Shown here one piece after another: positions 26,728 through 35,189 of a DNA stretch of 46,275 nt. The first letter of the stretch is position 1. Every line of letters starts with the position of its first letter. Source of the stretch: Sphingomonadaceae bacterium (GTDB taxonomy: Bacteria; Chloroflexota; UBA6077); NCBI GenBank assembly GCA_050261575.1, contig JBLNDL010000040.1, positions 1 through 46,275 on the forward strand, written 5' to 3'. The notes below the pieces were generated by a model that worked only from the letters and a program-made list of their open reading frames with translations, was not told where the DNA came from and did not search any database. Both the position numbers and the translations under genes were made by a program.

Positions 26728-28053
26728 TCACGGTGCCGGCAGCTCCTCCTGGAAGGGCTCCACGATCTTGAACGTGGCCGTTGCCTGAGTCCCACTGCTC
26801 TCGCCCACCACCACTAGCGTCACCTGGCCCGCAGCATCGGTGGGCGTCGTGACCGGACCCAGCCCGCGGTAGGAGCCATCGAGGGCCGCGACACCTTCCG
26901 CAACCACCTGCCCACCCGCTTCGCCCAGGTGCAGGGTGATCCTCTCCCCCGCCGCGAAGCCCCCGCCGCTGGCGGTGACGGGGCTGCCCGCGAAGCCCGA
27001 GTAGCTGCTCAACTCCAGCCAGGGGTTGGCGCCCACCACGTTGTACTCCGCCACCGCCGTCGCTCCGCTGCTCCTGCCCCGCAGCCCCACCACGAGTGCA
27101 CCGCTCTTGGAGTCGGGCGGGACGTCGATCGGCCCGGCGCCCCATACGCCGCCGTATTGATCTGCCCTGTAGGTGGAGACGGCAGCCGTGGCGCTGCCCA
27201 GCAGCAACTCCACCTCCTCGTTGGGCAGGAAGCCCTTGGCGTTCACGTCGAAGCTGCTGCCCGGAAGCCCCGACCAGGGACTCAACTCCATCTGGGGCTG
27301 CAGAGGCTCGATGGTGATCGCCGTGCTCAGCGGCTTCTCCGTCGCCTCCCCCTTCAGCACCAGATTGTACTCGCCGGGCGGCAACACGGGGATCTCCACC
27401 TCCGTCCAACTGGTGTTGCCGACGTCGTCGGCGGTTGCGGTGGCTAGGGCCTGCTCGGCGGCCACGCTGGTGCCGTCGCCCTGCGTGATAAACGCACTGA
27501 CCCGGTCCCCCGGCTCGAACCCTCCGGCGACGAAGCCCAATCGTCCAGCCGGAAGGTGGTTGTAGCTATTGAGGTTCGCCCAGAGATCCTTGGCGCGAAT
27601 GTGGAGGGTGCCCCCGGCGCTTGTCCCGCTTCTGCCGCCCACCGCCTGAACAGTGCGGTTGCCCGACTCCAGCCAGCTCGGGAGCTGCACCCTGGCATCC
27701 GAGATCCTACCCTCGCCGTCGGCAGTCGCCTGACCTATCTCCTCGGGCTCGCCGTCGTGGTCCACCAGGAGGCTCACCGTCTCCCCGGGCTCGAAGCCCT
27801 CTGCAGAGAAGGTGAAGTGCTCCCATTGAGTGGTCGTCCCGGAAGGCAGGGTGAGGACGGCCGCAGGCTTCGATTCTGGGGTAGGCTGGGCGGATTCCGC
27901 TTGCCTGTCGTCCGCGCCGCCCTCCTGCCTCGTGACAGGCGCCGAGTCATCGCGGCCGACGAAGCCGCCCAACCCGGCGTTCAGTCTGGCGGTCAGGCCA
28001 ACCACCAGCAGGAGCACGCCCGCGACCACCAGCCATCGTCTGCTCGAGTTCAT
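26728..28053 (-). CDS. Membrane-anchored protein with 4 Ig-like repeats (third paralog)
   Basis: TM segment, then repeats EGFEPGETV, GGFEPGDRV, KGFLPNEEV and GGFAAGERI. Confidence 0.82.
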   Translation of the reverse strand: MNSSRRWLVVAGVLLLVVGLTARLNAGLGGFVGRDDSAPVTRQEGGADDRQAESAQPTPESKPAAVLTLPSGTTTQWEHFTFSAEGFEPGETVSLLVDHDGEPEEIGQATADGEGRISDARVQLPSWLESGNRTVQAVGGRSGTSAGGTLHIRAKDLWANLNSYNHLPAGRLGFVAGGFEPGDRVSAFITQGDGTSVAAEQALATATADDVGNTSWTEVEIPVLPPGEYNLVLKGEATEKPLSTAITIEPLQPQMELSPWSGLPGSSFDVNAKGFLPNEEVELLLGSATAAVSTYRADQYGGVWGAGPIDVPPDSKSGALVVGLRGRSSGATAVAEYNVVGANPWLELSSYSGFAGSPVTASGGGFAAGERITLHLGEAGGQVVAEGVAALDGSYRGLGPVTTPTDAAGQVTLVVVGESSGTQATATFKIVEPFQEELPAP

Positions 28054-28139
28054 CACCTTCGATGCTCCCGACGGTCAGATTGGAAGCCTTCCAGGTGATC
28101 GAGAGCCCCCCCGGAAGGCGCACGGTCGGGTGGAGGCGG

Positions 28140-28154
28140 GCAAGAGGTATGCCA
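28140..28154 (-). promoter_or_regulatory. Sigma54-type promoter for the 26728-28053 gene
   Basis: Minus strand (C)TGGCATACCTCTTGC. Confidence 0.72.
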
Positions 28155-28188
28155 GTGGGAAACGGAGAGGATGGCTAACGCGACTCTC

Positions 28189-28218
28189 TGGAGCGCGGCG
28201 CATATGCGCCGCGCTCCA
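28189..28218. repeat. 30-bp perfect palindrome downstream of glyA (REP-like or terminator)
   Basis: TGGAGCGCGGCGCATATGCGCCGCGCTCCA. Confidence 0.7.
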
Positions 28219-28227
28219 AGATCGGGT

Positions 28228-29541
28228 CTACTGGGTCTTCGTCGATGCCGCAAACCTGGCGGACACGGCGAGAGGGTCCTCCGGGATGGGGAACGCTCTA
28301 CACAGCTCCAGGGATCGGGCCCGAGCCTCGCTCAGCCACTCCCGATCCTCTCTCTTGCTGAGGGTGGTGGCGATCAGGTCGGCGATCTGCTCCATCTCCG
28401 CCTCGCCCATGCCACGCGTCGTGACCGCGGGCGTGCCCAGCCGGATGCCGCTGGTCGTCTGCTGTGGAGCCGGGTCGAAGGGCAACAGGTTCTTGTTGAC
28501 CGTGATGCCCACGGTTGCGAGCAGTGCCTCCGCCGCAGCCCCGCTGATGTCCACGGGCCGCAGGTCCACCAGCATCAGGTGGTTGTCGGTGCCGCCCGAG
28601 ACTATCCTCAGCCCCCGCTTTTCCAGGCCCCGGGCCAGCGCCCTCGCGTTGGCCACCACCTGAGCGGCGTAGATGCGAAACTCGGGGGTGCTCGCCTCCT
28701 TGAGGCAGACCGCCTTGGAGGCTATCACGTGCATGAAGGGGCCTCCCTGCGTCCCGGGGAACACGGCCCGATCGATGGCCCGGGCATACTGCGACCGCGA
28801 GAGTATCATTCCGCCACGGGGGCCTCGCAGGGTCTTGTGGGTGGTGGTGGTCACGACGTCCGCGTAGGGAATCGGGGAGGGGTGAGCGCCTCCAGCCACC
28901 AGTCCCGCGATGTGGGCCATGTCCACCATCAGCAGTGCGCCTACTTCGTCGGCGATCGCCCGCAGCGCGGCCCAATCGATGATCCGGCTGTACGCGCTGG
29001 CGCCCGCCACGATCATCTTCGGGCAGAACTCCCGGGCCTGCCGTCCCAGCGCCTCGTAGTCCAGCGTCTCCGTGTTCGGATCGACACCGTAGTGGCCGAA
29101 CGAGTACAGCTTCCCGGAAAGGCTAATGCGAGATCCGTGGGAGAGGTGTCCGCCTTGAGCCAGATCGAGCCCCAGAACCCGGTCGCCGACCTCCAGGAGC
29201 GCCGCGTACACCGCCAGGTTGGCCTGGGTTCCTGAATGGGGTTGCACGTTGGCGTGCTCGGCGCCGAACAACGCCTTCGCCCGGTCGATGGCCAGTTGCT
29301 CCACCTGGTCCACCACCTCGCACCCGCCGTAGTGCCTCCGGCCGGGATAGCCCTCGGCGTACTTGTCGTTGAGACGGTTGTCCGAGACGGTGCCGCCGAA
29401 CTCCACGGGGCAGGCCATCGCCGTCATCACCCCCTGGCTGGCGTAGTTCTCCGAGGCTATCAGCTTGATCGTGTCTTCCTGGCGCCGGCCCTCCTCCACG
29501 ATCAGCCGCGCCAGCTCGCTATCGATTCGCTCCAGTTCCAT
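28228..29541 (-). CDS. glyA: Serine hydroxymethyltransferase
   Basis: [25 protein letters not shown] and [14 protein letters not shown] (PLP lysine) motifs. TATAAT on the minus strand at 29657-29662. Confidence 0.97.
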   Translation of the reverse strand: MELERIDSELARLIVEEGRRQEDTIKLIASENYASQGVMTAMACPVEFGGTVSDNRLNDKYAEGYPGRRHYGGCEVVDQVEQLAIDRAKALFGAEHANVQPHSGTQANLAVYAALLEVGDRVLGLDLAQGGHLSHGSRISLSGKLYSFGHYGVDPNTETLDYEALGRQAREFCPKMIVAGASAYSRIIDWAALRAIADEVGALLMVDMAHIAGLVAGGAHPSPIPYADVVTTTTHKTLRGPRGGMILSRSQYARAIDRAVFPGTQGGPFMHVIASKAVCLKEASTPEFRIYAAQVVANARALARGLEKRGLRIVSGGTDNHLMLVDLRPVDISGAAAEALLATVGITVNKNLLPFDPAPQQTTSGIRLGTPAVTTRGMGEAEMEQIADLIATTLSKREDREWLSEARARSLELCRAFPIPEDPLAVSARFAASTKTQ

Positions 29542-29720
29542 CAAGGCGCTCACCTCCCAAGAAGCCGTTCAGCCATCCGCGGCCAGCTATCAGCTTGAGA
29601 GAACTGGGCTGAAAGCTAGCCGCTGATGGCTGAATGCTGGACTTCAGACTGTACTTATTATACCCTACGGCGGTGCCCTCTCGCACGCCGTTGCCGGTCT
29701 CCACGGTGCACCCGTGCTTT

Positions 29721-30830
29721 CTACTCACTCCCCACCGCGGCGGGCCAGAACTCGAAATCGGACAGCCTCTCCTCGGTTCCGAGGAAGCCACGCTCACCCT
29801 CCGGCCACCGCTCCCACCAGCCGACCTGCCCGCCCTCCTCCCTGGTGCGGCGGTAGTCCACCACCACCCCCTCGGCCCTGCCCGACAGGCTGTCGATGGA
29901 GGCGCTAGCGGTGCCGCTCTCCACCGCCCCACCGCGGAGCCGCTCAGAAGGCACCGGGTCCAGGAGGAGCGCCCTGTCCGCCCCCGGCTCCACCAACAGA
30001 CGGCGTTCGCCTTCCTGTCCCCGCAGGACGAGGGCATGGCGGTCACGACCCGCCATGAAGTAGGTGACGTGGGCGGTCACCAGGTAGTCTTGCTCACCGT
30101 GGCTCACTGCGCCGCCCGGCCCCAGGTTCTCGGGAGCCACGGGCCGGCGGCCAGGGATCTCGGCCCGAAGCAGGTGGAGGGGCGCCACGGAGGGCAGGCG
30201 GCGTCCACGCAGCACCAGGTCCTGCCGCAAGTCGAACTGCCGCGCGGCGGAGTGAGACAGCTCCTCGAGCAAGCGAGCGGTCTCGGGCCGCGTTGCCTCG
30301 GCCTCCTGCACCGCCGTCTCTTCGATCCGCCGAATCCCCGCAAGAAGCAGGTCGTCGTACCGCTCCACGTCCCGCACGTCTTGGGGGCCGAGGGAGGCGG
30401 CGTGCAGCCAATCCGCCTCGCGCACCGGCTGCGACGCCTCGTCGGCCAGCCCCTCCAGGGTCTGCTGCGCCCGACGCAGCGACGCGGCGGCCTCCCCCTG
30501 CGCCTCCGCGGCTCTGGCGGACACCAACTGGAGGGCTCGGCGCACCTCCCGCTGGAGCACCTGACGGAAGAGGCGGTCTCGCTCCAGCAAAGTGCGGCGT
30601 CTCTCGAAAGCGCTCGCCGATACCGCTTCCTCCGCCCCCCGTCGCAAAACGTACGCCCCCACGAGCAGCAGCGGAACCACGAACAGTGCGAGCAGGAACA
30701 GCCCCAGCACGAAGCCGCCAGGCGCTAGCACGCCAGCCACGGCGTTGACCGCCAACCAGAGCAGTAGCAGGGCACCCAGGACCAGCCCCACCGCGATCAA
30801 TCCCGTGCCAAGCAAGCGATCAGATCTCAT
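29721..30830 (-). CDS. Membrane protein with probable C-terminal DUF4178-like domain
   Basis: ATG 30830 overlaps the upstream stop (ATGA). Two N-terminal TMs, a helical middle and a C-terminus LGPGGAVSHGEQDYLV...ESGTASA...ERW. Confidence 0.72.
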   Translation of the reverse strand: MRSDRLLGTGLIAVGLVLGALLLLWLAVNAVAGVLAPGGFVLGLFLLALFVVPLLLVGAYVLRRGAEEAVSASAFERRRTLLERDRLFRQVLQREVRRALQLVSARAAEAQGEAAASLRRAQQTLEGLADEASQPVREADWLHAASLGPQDVRDVERYDDLLLAGIRRIEETAVQEAEATRPETARLLEELSHSAARQFDLRQDLVLRGRRLPSVAPLHLLRAEIPGRRPVAPENLGPGGAVSHGEQDYLVTAHVTYFMAGRDRHALVLRGQEGERRLLVEPGADRALLLDPVPSERLRGGAVESGTASASIDSLSGRAEGVVVDYRRTREEGGQVGWWERWPEGERGFLGTEERLSDFEFWPAAVGSE

Positions 30831-32815
30831 CCGAACCCTCCGCGGCCACCGCCGCCGCCACCGCCGCCTCCGAAGCCACCGCCGCTCCAGCCGCCACCGC
30901 CGCCTCCCCAGCCACCCTTTCCGCCTCGGGCCATTACCTCCGATGCCTGGTTGAGCATGCCAGCCAGGTTGTCGCTCAGATCCTGGAGGTTCCAAGCCCC
31001 CCGGTCGCTCAGCTCCTGGAGGGTAGGCATCCCCTCACCCGTGGGACCCGCAGGAGCCTCGCGAGGCGCCCCTTCGACCCGCTCAGGCCTCCCTGGTACC
31101 CCCCAACCCCAGCCCCACCGGGGATAGTATACCGGCCCTCCCTCCACCTCGTACCAGCGGGGCGCGGGCGCCCCCGCGGAGGCGAACTTCCGGACCCACT
31201 GGCGGTCGACCTCGAAGGCCACCGCATAGGGCAGGTAGGGCTCGAACAGATCCTGGTGCCTCTCGACCTCCTCACGAGGCTGCTGCTCGGCCAGATACCT
31301 GGCGAATGCCTCCCAGCGCGCCGCGGCTAGCGCCCCCTCAGGGGTTCGAGCCGGCATGTGGGGTGCGACCATCATCTTCACGATCCCCACCACCGCCAGG
31401 GCTACGAAGGGAGCCCACACCAACTCGGCGAGGCTGCCCAGCAGCATTCCCAGCAGAATCGCCAGGGCAGCGCCCCCCACCAGTAGGATACCGCCCACCG
31501 CAAGGTGGCGCCCGCGCACGGACTCCGGGCTCTCCGAGAAGAAGCCCTCCCGCACGACTCGGTGGTAGAGCTGCCACTGTACGGCGGGAATGGCCGCACG
31601 GAAGCGCTGGCCTATCTTCGAGAAGCGGACCGACGATCCGCTGGCGAAGATCGCGTCTACGATGGTCTGCTCGTAGTCCTCCAGCCCCTCCGGCTGGTCC
31701 TGCAGCCGCTCGATACGGAAATCACGCCTCGACCGACCGGCTCGGGGGCGGCTCTCCTCGACGATCCGCAGCACCCCCCGCCGAGCCAGGTCGATCAGCG
31801 TGGCCACGGCATCGTGGACGTCGGCCCGCTGGTCCACCAGCGTGCCGGCGATGGCAGGGGGAAGATCTCCCGGCGGCTCCGAGAGGAGACGAGGCACCTC
31901 GCCCACTCGCGGGTCGCGGCCGCGGCCGTACCAGGAGAGGAACACCCAGAGCGAGCCGACGAGGAGCACGAGCAGCGACGCCACGCCGAGGAAGAAGTTC
32001 ACCACGGGGCGGAGGGTCTGGTTGTACCAATCCGCCCGGTCCGCGGCGGCCTGCCAGGGGGGAGGCTCGCCGGCCACGAGGCCGTGGGGGAACTGCACTC
32101 GCACCTCCAGCCCGGTCCCGGCGGGGATGTTGTGCGCGGTGAACTGCACGGTTCTGGGATCCACCAGGCTCCCCGTCGCGCCCAACTCCTCGGGGTAGGC
32201 CGCGATCCTGACCTGGTCGGCCGCGAGATCCGCGGGGAAGCGAGCCACCACCCTACCGGTCTCGATGGGGTAGGGCCGGTCGGCGTAGATCGCCTTCCAG
32301 TAGAGCTGATCGCCACCGGGGTAGTAGCGCAGCCCACCCACGACTCGGTAGCTCACGAGGAAAGTGCGAGGGGCGTTGAACGTGGGCTGGAACCACCACT
32401 CGATGCGGAGCACGTCTCCCTCGCGCGTCACCTGGAAGGTGTTGGGAGACTCGGTGCCGCGCCGGTACTTGCGGCCGGGCTCCGACACGGACACGTCGGT
32501 GATCTGCACCACCCTGTCCAGGGGGATCTCGCGGAAGCCGCGCCGGGCGGTCGTGGGACCGAAGACCACCGTCTGGTCCTCGGTAACCAGGAAGTCGCCA
32601 TTCTGCTGGACGTCGATGGACACGTCGAAGCGCTGCCAGTACGGGGGCTGAGGCGCGGCCGAGGTCGGGGAAGCCAGCAGCAGCAGGGCGAGGGCCAAAG
32701 CGACGATCGCCGCCAGGGCGCCGCCTACCTTACTTCTATGCCACCCATCCGCACGCACAGCTTCTGGCGAGCACGCCCTCCCCATTCCGGTCCGGCGCAT
32801 TCGATTTCCAGCCAC
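30827..32815 (-). CDS. DUF2207 domain membrane protein
   Basis: FDVSIDVQQNGDFLVTE, DQLYWKAI, PPAIAGTL, ATLIDLARRG and YLPYAVAF motifs; Gly-rich tail. Confidence 0.9.
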   Translation of the reverse strand: MAGNRMRRTGMGRACSPEAVRADGWHRSKVGGALAAIVALALALLLLASPTSAAPQPPYWQRFDVSIDVQQNGDFLVTEDQTVVFGPTTARRGFREIPLDRVVQITDVSVSEPGRKYRRGTESPNTFQVTREGDVLRIEWWFQPTFNAPRTFLVSYRVVGGLRYYPGGDQLYWKAIYADRPYPIETGRVVARFPADLAADQVRIAAYPEELGATGSLVDPRTVQFTAHNIPAGTGLEVRVQFPHGLVAGEPPPWQAAADRADWYNQTLRPVVNFFLGVASLLVLLVGSLWVFLSWYGRGRDPRVGEVPRLLSEPPGDLPPAIAGTLVDQRADVHDAVATLIDLARRGVLRIVEESRPRAGRSRRDFRIERLQDQPEGLEDYEQTIVDAIFASGSSVRFSKIGQRFRAAIPAVQWQLYHRVVREGFFSESPESVRGRHLAVGGILLVGGAALAILLGMLLGSLAELVWAPFVALAVVGIVKMMVAPHMPARTPEGALAAARWEAFARYLAEQQPREEVERHQDLFEPYLPYAVAFEVDRQWVRKFASAGAPAPRWYEVEGGPVYYPRWGWGWGVPGRPERVEGAPREAPAGPTGEGMPTLQELSDRGAWNLQDLSDNLAGMLNQASEVMARGGKGGWGGGGGGWSGGGFGGGGGGGGGRGGFG

Positions 32816-33166
32816 CTGTCCTCTCCAGCGATAGACTCGCCCCTGGCCTCCTGGTTACTCCACAGTGTATCACGGTTCCCAGGGCAAGTAAGCTCTCTGG
32901 TCGCTCGCCGCCCTGTCTACTTGGGCTCCCCTCCCCGTCGACTCGGGCTCCCCGCCCAATTCGAGAGGCCCGGCGAGGCCACCACCTCGCACGCGCCTCA
33001 AGTGCGCCTCTAGCAGCGCAAGATCGGAGGCGACGCAGTGGAGGAATGGACGCCTCACCACCCTCTGCACCACCGTTTCGACCATTTGCGGCAACGGGAT
33101 CGCGGACATGGGCGGACCTCAGCACCGTACACGTATGGCCACCGCGGTCCTCTCCTCTCAGAGCTT

Positions 33167-33262
33167 ACTCGTCGCCACCCCGAGCCGCAGGCGAAGGGTC
33201 TCCACGTGGCAGTGCAGTGCCTCCCCCACAAGGAGATGCTTCGCCACGGCTCGGCATGACAG
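33167..33262. repeat. REP-like palindromic doublet
   Basis: GCCACCCCGAGCCGCAGGCGAAGGGTCTC ... GAGATGCTTCGCCACGGCTCGGCATGAC; related to 1841-1933. Confidence 0.6.
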
Positions 33263-33352
33263 GTATAGCAGGACTCCGGCAGGAGCCACGCTATGCCTGG
33301 CACGACGGCCTGGGCGACTTCGAGGAAGCCCCGATTTCCCTCTGCATTCCCC

Positions 33353-33381
33353 TTGTATAATGGGAAGTGTCCTGGTATAAT
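33353..33381 (+). promoter_or_regulatory. Sigma70 promoter of tRNA-Leu
   Basis: TTGTAT-N17-TATAAT with TG extension. Confidence 0.8.
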
Positions 33382-33408
33382 GAGGACTGTGCTGAGGGAA
33401 TCAGCCGA

Positions 33409-33496
33409 GCCGAAGTGGCGGAACAGGCAGACGCGCTACGTTCAGGGCGTAGTTGGGTTTACCCCAGTGGGGGTTCAAATCCCCCCTTCGGCACCA
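33409..33496 (+). tRNA. tRNA-Leu (anticodon CAG)
   Basis: GCCGAAG/CTTCGGC acceptor stem, CTACG-TTCAGGG-CGTAG anticodon arm, long variable arm, GGTTCAAAT T-loop and encoded CCA. Confidence 0.96.
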
Positions 33497-33501
33497 GAAC
33501 A

Positions 33502-33529
33502 CGAGGGCCGCTCGATCGAGCGGCCCTTC
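33502..33529 (+). terminator. Hairpin after tRNA-Leu
   Basis: GAGGGCCGCTCGATCGAGCGGCCCTTC. Confidence 0.6.
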
Positions 33530-33553
33530 GCCGTTTGCGGCCCGCAATCCCCC

Positions 33554-34141
33554 TCACGCCACACCCGCACCCCGCACGTGGCCGCGCCTGCGGTCCCGCT
33601 GCCCGCGCAGCGCTCGGAAAGCCGACCTGCCCACCAGCACCAGCAGCCCCAGCCACACTAGAGTCGCCGGCACGACCAGGACGAGCATGGGTGTGAAGAG
33701 TTGTGGCGGCTCGTCGGCCGCGATCACGTAGCCGCCCGCCGGGATCCTCACGCCCTTCTCTTGCAGGAAACGCTCGAGGACACGGCCGGCAAAGGCAGTC
33801 CCCGCCACCGACCGCAGCCTCCCCTGAAACGTTTGGGGTCCCGATCGGCGTGGCAGGGGTTGGTCGCTCTTGACGATGACTTGGCGGTCGTACTCCGCCA
33901 GTGGGTACCAGTACGACGGAACGCCGTAGCGCCGATAGGCCACTGCCAGGTCGTACTCTGGGGTGGCGATGACCTGCACGAAGCGGTCGGTGCTGGCCGC
34001 CAGGTCGGCCCCCCGGTCGAGGGACAGGGGCGTGGTGCCGGAGAGGGCGTAGCTCAGCGAGCCTCTCACCAACAGCAGGGTGAGGCCCCACGTGACGATG
34101 AACAGGACGGTCAGGAAACGCAAGTACCCGCTGGCCTTCAC
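33554..34141 (-). CDS. Hypothetical membrane protein (TM helix at each end)
   Basis: GTG start; hydrophobic termini; coding-like codon usage. Confidence 0.7.
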   Translation of the reverse strand: MKASGYLRFLTVLFIVTWGLTLLLVRGSLSYALSGTTPLSLDRGADLAASTDRFVQVIATPEYDLAVAYRRYGVPSYWYPLAEYDRQVIVKSDQPLPRRSGPQTFQGRLRSVAGTAFAGRVLERFLQEKGVRIPAGGYVIAADEPPQLFTPMLVLVVPATLVWLGLLVLVGRSAFRALRGQRDRRRGHVRGAGVA

Positions 34142-34293
34142 CGGAGCCTCGATCTCCCTCGGTGGATGTGGCGCCTCGTCAGGGTGAGTCCGAGCAGTAA
34201 GACGGCGGGGATCGGAAGCATCACCAGCAACTTACATGCCAGGGGGGGCGGCCCGCGCGGACGGACGATGATGCACGTGGGGCTGCGGGACTC

Positions 34294-34531
34294 CCGCAGG
34301 GGCAGACCTGTGCGTCTGCCCTCGTGCCCAGCGGGCCTTCTGCGGCAGGGACGACCGGGCCCGCACGCAGGTGCGCCCCCAGCGAGGCAACGCGTTCCCG
34401 CAACTGTCCGCACGCCACCGGACCGGCCACCCTGTGCTCGACCGGATTGGGACTCTGGGAAGGCAGATGCCGATCCACCGCCTCCCGTCGCTTCTAGGAT
34501 CGGGGCGGCAGGGCAAGATGCCCTGCCCTAC
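34294..34531. repeat. Cluster of GTAG-family REP-like palindromes
   Basis: GCAGGGGCAGACCTGTGCGTCTGCCC, GGGCCCGCACGCAGGTGCGCCCC and GGGCGGCAGGGCAAGATGCCCTGCCCTAC. Confidence 0.6.
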
Positions 34532-34556
34532 ACGTCACGAGCAGGTCGACGGACCG

Positions 34557-34630
34557 CTAGGCAGGTATCTCCAGCCCATGCCGACTTGTCCGGCGTGATA
34601 CGTGTGCCCCATCTAGAGACACCTGCTTAG
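34557..34630 (-). mobile_element. 74-bp inverted-repeat element (copy B)
   Basis: Reverse complement CTAAGCAGGTGTCTCTAGATGGGGCACACGTATCACGCC...GAGATACCTGCCTAG aligns end to end with 12622-12694. Confidence 0.75.
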
Positions 34631-35001
34631 GCGCCCGCCCTGCGCTGGAAATCGTCCCTGACGCTGGGCTGAAGCAGGTAGCCCACGATGACGGCAGCCA
34701 GGATCAGGCTGACCCACGCGCTAACGGCGCCCGGCGCCACGAAGATGGCAAGCAGGGAGAAGATGGCGTTGAGTCCCTCCAGGGCGACCGTAGCCCACCA
34801 CGCCCAGAGCTGCAGAGTCCACAGGCCGTAGGCCAGGTAGAGCAGCGCCAGGCCGAAGATCACACCGATGACGACGCTGGCAGTGCCTCCCGGCGCGGGA
34901 CCGAAGGCCCCGATGGAGCTGACGAGCACGACGACGCCGTTCACGGCCAGAAGGATGGCGATCAAGGTAACGCCGATGGGACGTTCGGCAGGCCGCAGCA
35001 T
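34627..35001 (-). CDS. Small 4-TM membrane protein (RPxGVT-type N-terminus)
   Basis: RPIGVTLIAILL...AYGLWTLQLWAW...YLLQPSVRDDF; GGAGG RBS. Confidence 0.8.
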   Translation of the reverse strand: MLRPAERPIGVTLIAILLAVNGVVVLVSSIGAFGPAPGGTASVVIGVIFGLALLYLAYGLWTLQLWAWWATVALEGLNAIFSLLAIFVAPGAVSAWVSLILAAVIVGYLLQPSVRDDFQRRAGA

Positions 35002-35189
35002 GACTTCACCTCCACGCTATCGTCGCCGGCCGCGCGGCCGGGAGGGCTGCCTTCGCACTGCCCGTGCCCCGGCTCCGCGGGGTTGGCTAGGTGCCGAATG
35101 CACCGCTGGAGGGCACCACACTTGCGGAGTGGTAGCCTAGGCCATAGCCTCGATGCCGGCGGGCATAGGTGCCCGAAAGGTGAGCGACG

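Noticed and set aside
29560..29650. ZMP/ZTP or glycine riboswitch upstream of glyA
   Set aside because: The conserved riboswitch motifs are not visible; the region is a simple palindrome.
32887..33169. 10-bp inverted repeat (AGTAAGCTCT/AGAGCTTACT) around ~280 bp as a MITE or ncRNA
   Set aside because: Single copy, short repeat, and no target duplication or recognisable RNA family. It is left unexplained.
34138..34225. 27-aa hydrophobic ORF overlapping the 34141 start
   Set aside because: No RBS and no recognisable family; it cannot be supported.
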